A stretch of DNA of 63,978 nt, counting the filler, from Candidatus Woesearchaeota archaeon (GTDB lineage Archaea > Nanobdellota > Nanobdellia > Woesearchaeales > CG1-02-33-12), in NCBI GenBank assembly GCA_018399355.1. It is 6 parts of 6 records of this genome, joined end to end, with 100 filler letters (N's around TTAATTAATTAA, not from the genome) between each part and the next. Parts side by side here need not be neighbours in the genome. Positions count along the whole stretch, not along the records: positions 25,100 to 36,633 come from JAGYOA010000029.1; positions 36,734 to 47,625 come from JAGYOA010000030.1; 4 more parts are not named here. One strand, 5' to 3'. The position numbers and the translations under genes were made by a program. Shown here piece after piece: positions 27,864-36,871 of the stretch (within the stretch, counting starts at the first letter, position 1; each line of letters starts with the position of its first letter). The notes below the pieces were generated by a model that saw only the letters and a list, made by a program, of their open reading frames with translations, was not told the origin of the DNA and ran no database searches.

Positions 27864-29552
27864 ATGGAAATAAAGGAAACTATATTAAAATACGCACTTC
27901 AGAATGCTGTAAAGTTCAATGGGAAGGCCAATCCTGGAACGATTATAGGCAAGCTTTTAATGGAAGATGAAAGCCTTAAAAGCAAAATAAAAGAGCTTAG
28001 CAAGGATATTCAAACTACTGTAAAAGAAGTTAATAAGCTTTCATTGGAAGAGCAGAAAGAAAAATTAAAGAAGATTGCTCCTGAAATGCTTGAGAAAAAG
28101 AAAGCTGAGAAAAAAGGCCTTCCAGAGTTAAAAAATGCTATTATAGGAAAGGTCGTAACAAGGATTCCACCAGAGCCTTCTAAATATAATCACATTGGGC
28201 ATGCATTAAGCTTCTTATTGAATTACCTTTACGCTAAAAAATATAATGGAAAAGCAGTTTTAAGGTTTGAAGATACTAATCCCTTGGCATCAAAGCAGGA
28301 GTATGTTGATGCAATGAAAAAAGATGTTCTTGAATATTTAAATATAAATCCGGACAAGATTGTTTATGTCTCAGATGATATGCCAAAGTTCTATGAGCTT
28401 GCAGAACAGCTAATAAAAAAAGGAGAAGCCTATGTCTGCTTTTGTGAGAGAAATAAAATGAGAGACCTAAGGCATAAAGGTTTGCCCTGCGATTGCAGAA
28501 AAAATTCCCCTGAGAAAAATCTTGAAGAATGGAAAAAAATGTTAAACAAAGAATACAAAGAGGGAGATTGCGTCTTAAGATTAAAGATTGATTTAGAATC
28601 AGACAACCATGTTATGCGCGACCCTGTTATTTTCAGGCTATGCTATACAGAGCACTACAGACAGAAAAACAAGTATAATGTCTGGCCAATGTATGATTTT
28701 GAAAATGCGGTTGAGGAGGAGTTTTGTGGTGTAACCCACATCCTAAGAAGCGCAGAGTTTGGAAAGATGAGGATTGAGCTTCAGGATTATATAAAAGACT
28801 TATTTGGATTTAAAAGACAGGAAGTCATACAATATGGCCGCTTTAATGTTGTTGGAGCAATAACACAGGGAAGAGAGATAAGGGAATTAATCTCAGAAAA
28901 AAAAGTCATAGGATGGGATGATCCAAGACTTGTTACATTAAGGGCATTAAAAAGAAGAGGAATAAAACCAGAGATGTTCTATGAGCTTGCTTTAAAGGTT
29001 GGATTATCAAAGACACCAACAAATATTGACTGGAGTGTTATATCCTCAATAAACAGAAAGATTGTTGATGCGAGCGTAAACAGGTATTTTTTTATAGAAA
29101 ATCCAGAAAAAATAAAAATAAAAAACTCTCCGGAAAAGGAAATAAAAATAAAGCTTCATCCAGAGCAAGAAGAGAGAGGAACAAGAGATTTAAGAATAAA
29201 TGAAAATTTCTACATCTCAAAAAATGATTTGAAGGATTTAAAGCAGGGCAAGTTATACAGGCTAATGCACGCATTTAATTTCAAAAAACAAAAAGAAGGA
29301 TTTGTCTTTGATTCAGAAGAGCTTGAGAACTACAGACAGCATGGAGAAAAGATAATGCACTGGCTACCAAAAGATGAAGATCTTGTTGATGTTGAAGTTT
29401 TAATGCCTGATGCTAAAATTATAAAAGGGGTTGCAGAACCTTCTGTAAAAAACATAAAAATAGACGAGGTAGTGCAGTTTGAGCGTTTTGGATTCTGCAA
29501 ATTAGACGAGATAAAAGAAAATAAGCTTATCTTTTGGTATACGCATGATTAG
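27864..29552 (+). CDS. gltX: Glutamyl-tRNA synthetase (archaeal type)
   Basis: TRIPPEPS..HIGH, LRFEDTNP, RDPVIFR, WPMYDF, GWDDPRLVT, QFERFGF. Confidence 0.96.
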   Translation: MEIKETILKYALQNAVKFNGKANPGTIIGKLLMEDESLKSKIKELSKDIQTTVKEVNKLSLEEQKEKLKKIAPEMLEKKKAEKKGLPELKNAIIGKVVTRIPPEPSKYNHIGHALSFLLNYLYAKKYNGKAVLRFEDTNPLASKQEYVDAMKKDVLEYLNINPDKIVYVSDDMPKFYELAEQLIKKGEAYVCFCERNKMRDLRHKGLPCDCRKNSPEKNLEEWKKMLNKEYKEGDCVLRLKIDLESDNHVMRDPVIFRLCYTEHYRQKNKYNVWPMYDFENAVEEEFCGVTHILRSAEFGKMRIELQDYIKDLFGFKRQEVIQYGRFNVVGAITQGREIRELISEKKVIGWDDPRLVTLRALKRRGIKPEMFYELALKVGLSKTPTNIDWSVISSINRKIVDASVNRYFFIENPEKIKIKNSPEKEIKIKLHPEQEERGTRDLRINENFYISKNDLKDLKQGKLYRLMHAFNFKKQKEGFVFDSEELENYRQHGEKIMHWLPKDEDLVDVEVLMPDAKIIKGVAEPSVKNIKIDEVVQFERFGFCKLDEIKENKLIFWYTHD

Positions 29553-29599
29553 AAAGATTTATAAAAACTTTAAAGTTCTTTTTATTGAGGTGATATAAT

Positions 29600-29782
29600 A
29601 TGTCTGAGATGATAATTGTAAAAGCAAAAATAAAGGAATTTGCAAAACACGGTAATGACAAGTTAAATGTTTCTGGTGAATTTGCAGAAGAGCTTGACAA
29701 GAGAGTTAAGTGCCTTATTGAGGAAGCATGCAGAAGAGCTAAAGAAAATAACAGAAACACTGTAATGAAAAAAGACCTTTAA
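29600..29782 (+). CDS. Histone-fold protein with truncated alpha-3
   Basis: IVKAKIKE...NVSGEF...L...V..LIEEACRRAKENNRNTVMKKDL, stopping at the R-x-T-x-x-x-x-D clamp; GAGGTGA RBS and TTTATAAA box. Confidence 0.85.
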   Translation: MSEMIIVKAKIKEFAKHGNDKLNVSGEFAEELDKRVKCLIEEACRRAKENNRNTVMKKDL

Positions 29783-30042
29783 GTAATTTCTTCTAACTTA
29801 TTTTTTATTAAGTTAAGATGTATTTTTAGGTTATCAAGCCTTACATCATCCTTGTTTTCTTTTTTTAATTTTGTGTAGGTTGATTCAAGCAGACTTATTT
29901 TCTGCTTTATCGTGCTGATTCTTTTGATTTTCAGGTATTCTTTATTTTCCTTGTTTTCTTTGATTCTGATTCCTGCATTCAAAAGAAGTTTTGTCATTTT
30001 TTGTATAGCAGAAATATTAAAATCAATATTATGAGATTCCAT
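29779..30042 (-). CDS. Small basic helical hypothetical protein
   Basis: 87-aa ORF starting 2 nt after the upstream stop. Confidence 0.55.
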   Translation of the reverse strand: MESHNIDFNISAIQKMTKLLLNAGIRIKENKENKEYLKIKRISTIKQKISLLESTYTKLKKENKDDVRLDNLKIHLNLIKNKLEEIT

Positions 30043-30044
30043 TT

Positions 30045-30950
30045 TTACTGACTGGTTTCCTCTTCGTTGCCCTGAGAAAATTCAAAATCATCATCTGTTT
30101 CAGGTACAGAGGGTAGTCCAGATTCCCTCATTCTGTTAAGATTAGGCTCTTCCCTTGTTACTGGTTGTATTGGAAGGGGAGTGTTTGATGTTTTTTTATT
30201 TACTCTGAGTATCTTGTATTTGCGGTCTATTCTAGGCTCACTTGAACTTCTATGGCTGGAAATTTTTGGAAGATATTCCCTAAGCATCTCAGTTATTGCA
30301 AGTATTCCTTTTGCCATAATTCTGTTTTGCTCAACAAGAGGCTTTAAGTCAGCAGGGTTTTTTTGCATCTGTTGATTTTCATAAGGCTCATAAGCAATGT
30401 CTTTTGCAGTTGTGAAAAGTTCAACAAGCTTGCCCATTGACATAGAAAGATTATCCATTGAATCCCTTAGTTCCTTGTTCTGGGCTGTCTTTACTTTGAT
30501 TGTTTTTGTTTTCGAGAGCTCTTTTTTCAGGTCTTTTATTTCAGTTGTCAGCTTGACTAACTCTGTTTTGTTGTTAATTAGTTCTTTTATTCCTTTATCA
30601 TAAGTATTTTTTTTTGTATTTGTTTTTTCTTTAAGCTGTTCTTTTAAATTTTTTATTTCTTTTTTTAATTTGCTTAATGCTTTTTTATTGTCTGTTAACT
30701 CTTTTAATTTTTTATTGTAATTGCTTTTTGTTTTTGGTGTTTTTGTAAGCTTTTCCCTTAAGTTTTTTATCTCGTTATTTAAGTTATTCAGCTGTATTTT
30801 ATTATCTATTATTTGTTTTATTTTTTCATTGTAATCTTTTTTTTCTTCAACATTTTTTGTTTTTTCAAGCTCTTTTTTCAGGACTTTTATTTCATTCTTT
30901 ACATTGCTTATCTTTTTTTTAGAACTAGACTCATTGCTTTTTTTAGCCAT
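30045..30950 (-). CDS. Coiled-coil protein with internal 38-40-aa repeats
   Basis: EIKxLxxxL...YxKxIKxxxxNKxxL repeated about 3.4 times; C-terminal EQNRIMAKGIL. Confidence 0.7.
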   Translation of the reverse strand: MAKKSNESSSKKKISNVKNEIKVLKKELEKTKNVEEKKDYNEKIKQIIDNKIQLNNLNNEIKNLREKLTKTPKTKSNYNKKLKELTDNKKALSKLKKEIKNLKEQLKEKTNTKKNTYDKGIKELINNKTELVKLTTEIKDLKKELSKTKTIKVKTAQNKELRDSMDNLSMSMGKLVELFTTAKDIAYEPYENQQMQKNPADLKPLVEQNRIMAKGILAITEMLREYLPKISSHRSSSEPRIDRKYKILRVNKKTSNTPLPIQPVTREEPNLNRMRESGLPSVPETDDDFEFSQGNEEETSQ

Positions 30951-31027
30951 TATACTACCACCATTTTCATTGACTGTTTTAGATACAGCTTAGTTTATAA
31001 ATATTTCGCTTTAAATAAGAAAAAAAA

Positions 31028-32665
31028 TTAATATCCTGGAGGCATTCCGCCAGGAGGCATTCCAGGAGGCATTCCCTCACCCTTACCTGAGCTTGCAATA
31101 ACATCATCTATCCTTAAAATCATTATTGCTGACTCGCTTGCAGACTGCACTGCCTGTGTTTTTATTTTCAGTGGCTCAATAACTGATGATTCCCATGCAT
31201 CAATTATTTTTCCTGTGAAAACGTCTATTCCTGCCCATTTCTTTCCCTTGTCATGCATTGCCTTAAGCTCTGTTAAAATATTTATTGAATCTAAACCCCC
31301 ATTTTCAGCAAGTGTTTTTGGTATTATTTCTATTGCATCTGCAAATGCCTCAACTGCTAATTGTTCTCTTCCACTTAATGAGTTTGAGAATTCTTTTAGT
31401 TGCTTTGAAAGCTCTATCTCTGTCGAGCCAGCTCCTCCAACAATCTTTCCTGTGGTTAAAGCTGCTGAAACATCGCCTATTGCATCCTCTAATGCTCTCT
31501 TCACCTCATCAACAACGTGCTCTGTTCCTCCTCTTATAAGGATTGTCACTGCTTTAGCTTCCTTGCAGTCTTCTACGTAGGTCATCTGCTCATCACCCAC
31601 TTTCTTCTCCTGCACAATTCCTGCTTTGCCTAAATCAGATTCAGATGCATCATCAAGGTTGGTTATTACCTTTGCGCCTGTTGCCCTTGCAAGCTTTTCC
31701 ATGTCGCTTTTCTTGACTCTTCTTGCAGCATATATGCCTTTTTTTGCAAGGAAGTGCTGCGCCATGTCATCAATCCCTTTCTGACAGAACACAACATTTG
31801 CCTTTGTTTTTGCTATGTCTTCAACCATCTCTTTTATTATATGCTCTTCCTGGTCTAAAAATGCCTGCATCTGGCTTGGGTCTGTGATTTGTATTTTTGC
31901 GTCTGTTTCTGTGCTTTTTACTTCTACTGCTGAGTCTAATAAAAGAATTTTTGCGTTTTCAACTGACAAGGGCATTCCTGAATGAACCCTTTCCTTATCG
32001 AGAATTATTCCCTGTACAAGCTCTGTGTCTTCTATACCTCCTCCTACTTTTTTCTCTAGCTTTATGTTTTCCTTGCTTATTATTATTTTTTGTTTTTCCT
32101 TATCCATAACCTGTTTTAATGCAGTTACGCAAAGCTCTGCAAGCTTTTCCTTTGCTGTCTCAGCCCCTTTTCCAGTCATTGCTGTAACTGCAATGTGCTT
32201 AAGAGATTCTGTGTCGTTTTCTGTTATGTCTTCTGATATTTTGTTAAGAATTTCATGTGATTTTTCAGCTGCTATCCTATAGCCTTTGGCAATAACAGTT
32301 GGGTGTATGTTTTCCTCAAGGAGCTCTTCAGCGTTTTTCAAAAGCTCTCCTGCCAAGACAACTGCTGTTGTTGTTCCATCCCCCACTTCATCTTCCTGGG
32401 TTTTTGCAACCTCTACAATCATTTTTGCAGCAGGGTGTTCTATGCTCATCTCATCAAGTATTGTGACGCCGTCATTTGTGACTATGACATCTCCCAATGA
32501 GTCAACAAGCATCTTGTCCATTCCTTTTGGGCCAAGAGTTGTCCTTACAGTTTCTGCCACGAGCTTTGCTGCCATTATATTGTTTCTTTGTGCATTTTTT
32601 CCAGTAGTTCTCTGTGAACCTTCTGATAGAATAAATATTGGTTGCATTTGGTTGTTTTCTGCCAT
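31028..32665 (-). CDS. ths: Thermosome (group II chaperonin) subunit
   Basis: [37 protein letters not shown] tail. Confidence 0.97.
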   Translation of the reverse strand: MAENNQMQPIFILSEGSQRTTGKNAQRNNIMAAKLVAETVRTTLGPKGMDKMLVDSLGDVIVTNDGVTILDEMSIEHPAAKMIVEVAKTQEDEVGDGTTTAVVLAGELLKNAEELLEENIHPTVIAKGYRIAAEKSHEILNKISEDITENDTESLKHIAVTAMTGKGAETAKEKLAELCVTALKQVMDKEKQKIIISKENIKLEKKVGGGIEDTELVQGIILDKERVHSGMPLSVENAKILLLDSAVEVKSTETDAKIQITDPSQMQAFLDQEEHIIKEMVEDIAKTKANVVFCQKGIDDMAQHFLAKKGIYAARRVKKSDMEKLARATGAKVITNLDDASESDLGKAGIVQEKKVGDEQMTYVEDCKEAKAVTILIRGGTEHVVDEVKRALEDAIGDVSAALTTGKIVGGAGSTEIELSKQLKEFSNSLSGREQLAVEAFADAIEIIPKTLAENGGLDSINILTELKAMHDKGKKWAGIDVFTGKIIDAWESSVIEPLKIKTQAVQSASESAIMILRIDDVIASSGKGEGMPPGMPPGGMPPGY

Positions 32666-32777
32666 GTTTACTACCTCCGCTTTTTGTTAAAAATAGTAGA
32701 AAAAGTAAACAACCAGTTCTATATAAATCTAACGGTTTTTAGAACTTCAGACATAAATACAGTTTTTTTAATTTTAA

Positions 32778-33485
32778 TTAAAAATCAACAGATTCAGAAA
32801 AAATTTTTCTTATGAACTCAACAAATAACTGCCAAAGTGTCGTTGACTTTGTTATGGTTTTCTCTATTTCTTCTTCGCGGTATCTTTCTATTGTTATATT
32901 CCTTGTAACATTAATGTACTCTGTTGTGTAGTTGCATACATTGTGGATTGGAGCATCAACATTGGCATATGCCCAGTAGTTTGCATAAAGATTTCTTTTT
33001 TCAGTGTATGATGTCAAAACTGCTGTCTCGCCAGGATTAAATTTCTTCTTCATTAGATAGCTGTGCATTTCTGCTGAATCCCAGGGAAGCCTGTCTTCAA
33101 CAGACTCATAGGGCTTTTTGTGATACGCATCATAAGGATAAACATCATTGTCAAAAAAGGCAAACTCAACAGTAAATTCTCCGCTTTTATTCTCATTGTT
33201 GGTGAGTTTGAAATTGGGTGAAACATAGCCTTCCCTGTCATCATTCCATCCCAACCACTCATAAGTCCAGTTAAACTCTTTTTCAAAGCATACTTCAGTT
33301 ATCTCCGGCTCTTTTGTTGTGTATTCCTCCGACACAAGATAAGGCACGCTTTCATTAACCACTTCTTCTCTTGTTACATTAACCCTTATTATGTTAAGTA
33401 TAATATGAATTAAGATAAGGATGATTATAACAGAGATTATCCTTCTCCTCCTTAATCTTATCTCCTCTTTTTCAGAACTGTCCAT
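32778..33485 (-). CDS. Membrane-anchored extracellular hypothetical protein
   Basis: RRRR followed by an N-terminal TM; several N-x-S/T sequons. Confidence 0.7.
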   Translation of the reverse strand: MDSSEKEEIRLRRRRIISVIIILILIHIILNIIRVNVTREEVVNESVPYLVSEEYTTKEPEITEVCFEKEFNWTYEWLGWNDDREGYVSPNFKLTNNENKSGEFTVEFAFFDNDVYPYDAYHKKPYESVEDRLPWDSAEMHSYLMKKKFNPGETAVLTSYTEKRNLYANYWAYANVDAPIHNVCNYTTEYINVTRNITIERYREEEIEKTITKSTTLWQLFVEFIRKIFSESVDF

Positions 33486-33530
33486 TAAAGCTTAAATAAA
33501 TGTTGGTATATTTAAAATTTTAGGATTTAT

Positions 33531-35336
33531 TTAGGATAAACCTGAAAAATAAGCTACAAGATTTTTCTTTCTCCTTTCAGGGGGAAGTAAAAGCGCTATG
33601 CCTTGATCTACCCTATTCTTGTATTTTTCAATTGGAACTTCATGAAAACCTACTCTTATATCAACCATCTTTTTTGATTTAAGCATGCCTTCAGGAAGCT
33701 CTGAAGATGCATAAGCCCTGTTTGAGTTAAATTTATCCTTACTAAATCTTTTTGATGTTTCATTTGCATACAATAAAAGCTGTTCGATCATGCATGTTCC
33801 TTCCTGCTCTTTTCCAAATCTCCTCATAGAACTGTGTATTATATAATCAATGTTTGAAGATAAAATAGAGTAATCAATCATTATGGGAAAGCTGACAAGG
33901 TCATATGACTTAAGACCATCCTTTATATGATTATTTTTCCTGTAAACCCTGCTTTCGCACAGTTTCTTAAAGCGATAGTTTGCATATTGTGCAGAAGTTG
34001 AATCCTGACCATGGTCAAATATTATATTTGAAAGCTTCTCATTGGTGTCTAATCTGTCACCAATAACAGCACCAATTATTCTAGAATTAACAGCCATCTT
34101 ACTTGGGATATAATCCTTTCCTCTGAATGTATCTGGCATGTAACCTGCTAATGTTAAAGCAATATCATCAGATATGCCCTTTCCTAGCTTCCTCCTTATG
34201 TAAATATTTTCCCATTCTCCTACAGCTTTAAATATATCAAGACCATAATTTTCTTTAATTAAATCCCAACTAAGTTTTCCTCCATTTCTTCTCTCGATTC
34301 CGGCAAAATCAAGTTTTTTTATTTTTTTGATCATCTTAAGCTCGCTGAAAACAGAAATCATCTTATCAGGATCCAGTAATTGCAATAATCTAGAATATGG
34401 ATAATTTCTTTTTGAAAGCTCTTTCAAAGAAGAGACATATTTGCTTGTTTCTGAAATGTTTCCTGCAATAGTAATGCCATTACCCATCTCAAAAAGATAC
34501 TTCTTAAAGCCCTCATCTCTTAAATAGTCAACATCCATCCATCCTGAGAGCATAAAGCCACGAAGAAACTCAAGCATGTCTATGTTGTATGTTTCGTTGA
34601 ATTTGAGACCAAGAAGATTCTTCCCTTTACTTATTGTCATATATTTATTTTTTAAAGGATCTTCAAAATATTTTCCAATAAACCTCATAAGTTTATCGAT
34701 ATCTTTCTGAACCCTTTTTCTAAACACTGTGGGTTGGAAATAGTCTGGTTTTTTTATTGAAAATTTTGGACTTATTTTATTGACATCGCCATAATCAGAA
34801 ATAGCATTAAGTATGTGATTAACTGTTGTATTCGGAAAATATAATTTATATCCATTTTCATCAACAAAAGCCCCATGGCCGTTGGCTGCGTGGCCAGTTA
34901 TTGCTAGTATCCATGAATAAACCTTAGAATCAAGAGTAGAATACAATATATCCTCTCCTACTAAGCCGCAGAAATCATCTTGTATTTTTTCTTTTGGTGC
35001 TATCTGGTCTTTCCAAAGGCCTTTGATAAAAGTAACACCATCTTTATTCGAAGAAGCAATGAATCTTATAATATCTGTAATCTGTTTTGGTTCTAAATTG
35101 TTAATTTCTTTTAAAATTTTTGTTTCGGGGTTAGTTAAGTCTATTCTATTCGAGTGATACATATATTTATTTGCTAATTTAATAAAATTAATTGCATGTT
35201 TTTTAGGATTATCATTATTTTCGTTATTAGAATCATCCGGGTTTATATTAATATTTCCTGACTTGATTGATCTCACTAATTGTTCAACGATATCAGATAA
35301 TTCAACCTCTTTATTTAAGTCACTGTTCATTATCAC
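33531..35336 (-). CDS. Large soluble hypothetical protein (about 600 aa)
   Basis: Long ORF; no family motif recognised. Confidence 0.7.
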   Translation of the reverse strand: MIMNSDLNKEVELSDIVEQLVRSIKSGNININPDDSNNENNDNPKKHAINFIKLANKYMYHSNRIDLTNPETKILKEINNLEPKQITDIIRFIASSNKDGVTFIKGLWKDQIAPKEKIQDDFCGLVGEDILYSTLDSKVYSWILAITGHAANGHGAFVDENGYKLYFPNTTVNHILNAISDYGDVNKISPKFSIKKPDYFQPTVFRKRVQKDIDKLMRFIGKYFEDPLKNKYMTISKGKNLLGLKFNETYNIDMLEFLRGFMLSGWMDVDYLRDEGFKKYLFEMGNGITIAGNISETSKYVSSLKELSKRNYPYSRLLQLLDPDKMISVFSELKMIKKIKKLDFAGIERRNGGKLSWDLIKENYGLDIFKAVGEWENIYIRRKLGKGISDDIALTLAGYMPDTFRGKDYIPSKMAVNSRIIGAVIGDRLDTNEKLSNIIFDHGQDSTSAQYANYRFKKLCESRVYRKNNHIKDGLKSYDLVSFPIMIDYSILSSNIDYIIHSSMRRFGKEQEGTCMIEQLLLYANETSKRFSKDKFNSNRAYASSELPEGMLKSKKMVDIRVGFHEVPIEKYKNRVDQGIALLLPPERRKKNLVAYFSGLS

Positions 35337-35538
35337 TAATTTTTTAAATTAACTTATTTATATTTCTTTATTTGCTACATAATAAACTTTATAATTGTTA
35401 TTTTAATTAGCAGAAATATTTAAATACAACTGCATCTTGATAATATCTTGCGCGAATGAATTCTCTAAAATTTGATTTAATAAATAAAACAGAAAATTTC
35501 AAATACTATTGAAGAAATAATATTAAAAAGGTATAACA

Positions 35539-36102
35539 ATGGAAGTTTATCTAATTACAAGTAATCCTGAAAAACTGGCTATTGCACGAAGTTTTTTAGG
35601 TATTGATGTAGAAGCAAAAGATATTGAATGCCCTGAAATACAAGATAATGATGTTGCTAAGATTGCTGCTTTTTCAGCTAAATGGGCTGCTAATAAACTT
35701 AAAGTTCCTGTCATAAAGAATGACTGCGCGCTGGAAATAGAAGCGCTTAATGGTTTTCCCGGTCCATTCGTTGCTTATGTAGAAAGATGGGTTAAGGAAG
35801 ATGGATTTCTTCGAATAATGAAAGGCATTGATAATCGTAATGCCAAATACAATGATGCAACTGCTTTTTGTATTCCTGGTAAAGAACCAATAGTTTTTAC
35901 CTCGACCACTGAAGGGATGATTTTAAAAGAAAAACAAGGCAAATATGGATGGGGGCTTGACAAGATTTTTGCTGTAAAAGGAGATAATAAATCAATGGCA
36001 ACATATCCTGATAATGAAAGAATAAATTTATTCAATAATGAACATTGGATTAAAACAGGCAATGCAATCAAAGAATCTTTGGAAAATAAAAAAACTAATT
36101 AA
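35539..36102 (+). CDS. HAM1/RdgB-family non-canonical NTP pyrophosphatase, divergent
   Basis: ITSNPEK, PEIQ, ALNGFPGPF, EG...G.YGWGLD.IF; lacks C-terminal SHR. Confidence 0.82.
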   Translation: MEVYLITSNPEKLAIARSFLGIDVEAKDIECPEIQDNDVAKIAAFSAKWAANKLKVPVIKNDCALEIEALNGFPGPFVAYVERWVKEDGFLRIMKGIDNRNAKYNDATAFCIPGKEPIVFTSTTEGMILKEKQGKYGWGLDKIFAVKGDNKSMATYPDNERINLFNNEHWIKTGNAIKESLENKKTN

Positions 36103-36149
36103 TTTGATAATAACTAAATTTTTAAATGTATAATAATTAATCTAAAAGA

Positions 36150-36608
36150 ATGAAGAAAGACTGTATTTTTTGCAGGATTGTGAATGGGGAGGCTCCATGC
36201 CATAATATATGGGAGGACGATAAACACCTAGCATTTCTGTCAATATTTCCAAACACGGATGGTTTTTCAGTTGTGATTCCAAAAAAGCACTATTCAAGCT
36301 ATGCTTTTGACCTTCCAGATGATGTTTTGTGTGATTTAATAATTGCAGCAAAAAAAGTTGCAAAACTTATTGATTCTAAATTAGAAGATGTAGGCAGAAC
36401 AGGGATGATTCTTGAGGGATTCGGAGTTGACCATGTCCATGCAAAACTGTTTCCAATGCATGGCACTGCAAGCATGGAAAAATGGAAGGAGATTAAATCT
36501 GATGTAGATAAATTCTTTGATAAATATGAAGGGTATATCTCTTCTCATGACTACAAAAGAGAAGATGATGAAAAGCTAAGAAAGCTTGCAGAAAAAATAA
36601 GAAACTAG
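36150..36608 (+). CDS. HIT-family nucleotide hydrolase
   Basis: DCIFCRIV, FLSIFP..G..VVIPKKH, HVHAK variant of HxHxH. Confidence 0.88.
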   Translation: MKKDCIFCRIVNGEAPCHNIWEDDKHLAFLSIFPNTDGFSVVIPKKHYSSYAFDLPDDVLCDLIIAAKKVAKLIDSKLEDVGRTGMILEGFGVDHVHAKLFPMHGTASMEKWKEIKSDVDKFFDKYEGYISSHDYKREDDEKLRKLAEKIRN

Positions 36609-36633
36609 TTTTGGGTATATTTACTAATGCCCC

Positions 36634-36733
36634 NNNNNNNNNNNNNNNNNNNNNNNNNNNNNNNNNNNNNNNNNNNNTTAATTAATTAANNNNNNNNNNN
36701 NNNNNNNNNNNNNNNNNNNNNNNNNNNNNNNNN
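36634..36733. other. Artificial contig spacer
   Basis: 44 N + TTAATTAATTAA + 44 N. Confidence 0.98.
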
Positions 36734-36871
36734 TTTAATCTTATTGAAACTGCTTTGGTTAGTTTTATTTCTATCATTATTATCTGAGAATGCCGCCTGT
36801 TTTAGGTTGGCGAACCTTTACCGATAGAAATAAATATAAACAAATAAAAATTCACAAGAAGGGATGAGAAA

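Noticed and set aside
31028..31085. Tandem GGCATTCC repeats
   Set aside because: Encode the ordinary Gly-Met-Pro tail of the thermosome
36780..36830. Fluoride-riboswitch-like GGTTCGCC on the minus strand
   Set aside because: Lacks the GGCGAUG start and the downstream CUGAUG pseudoknot elements
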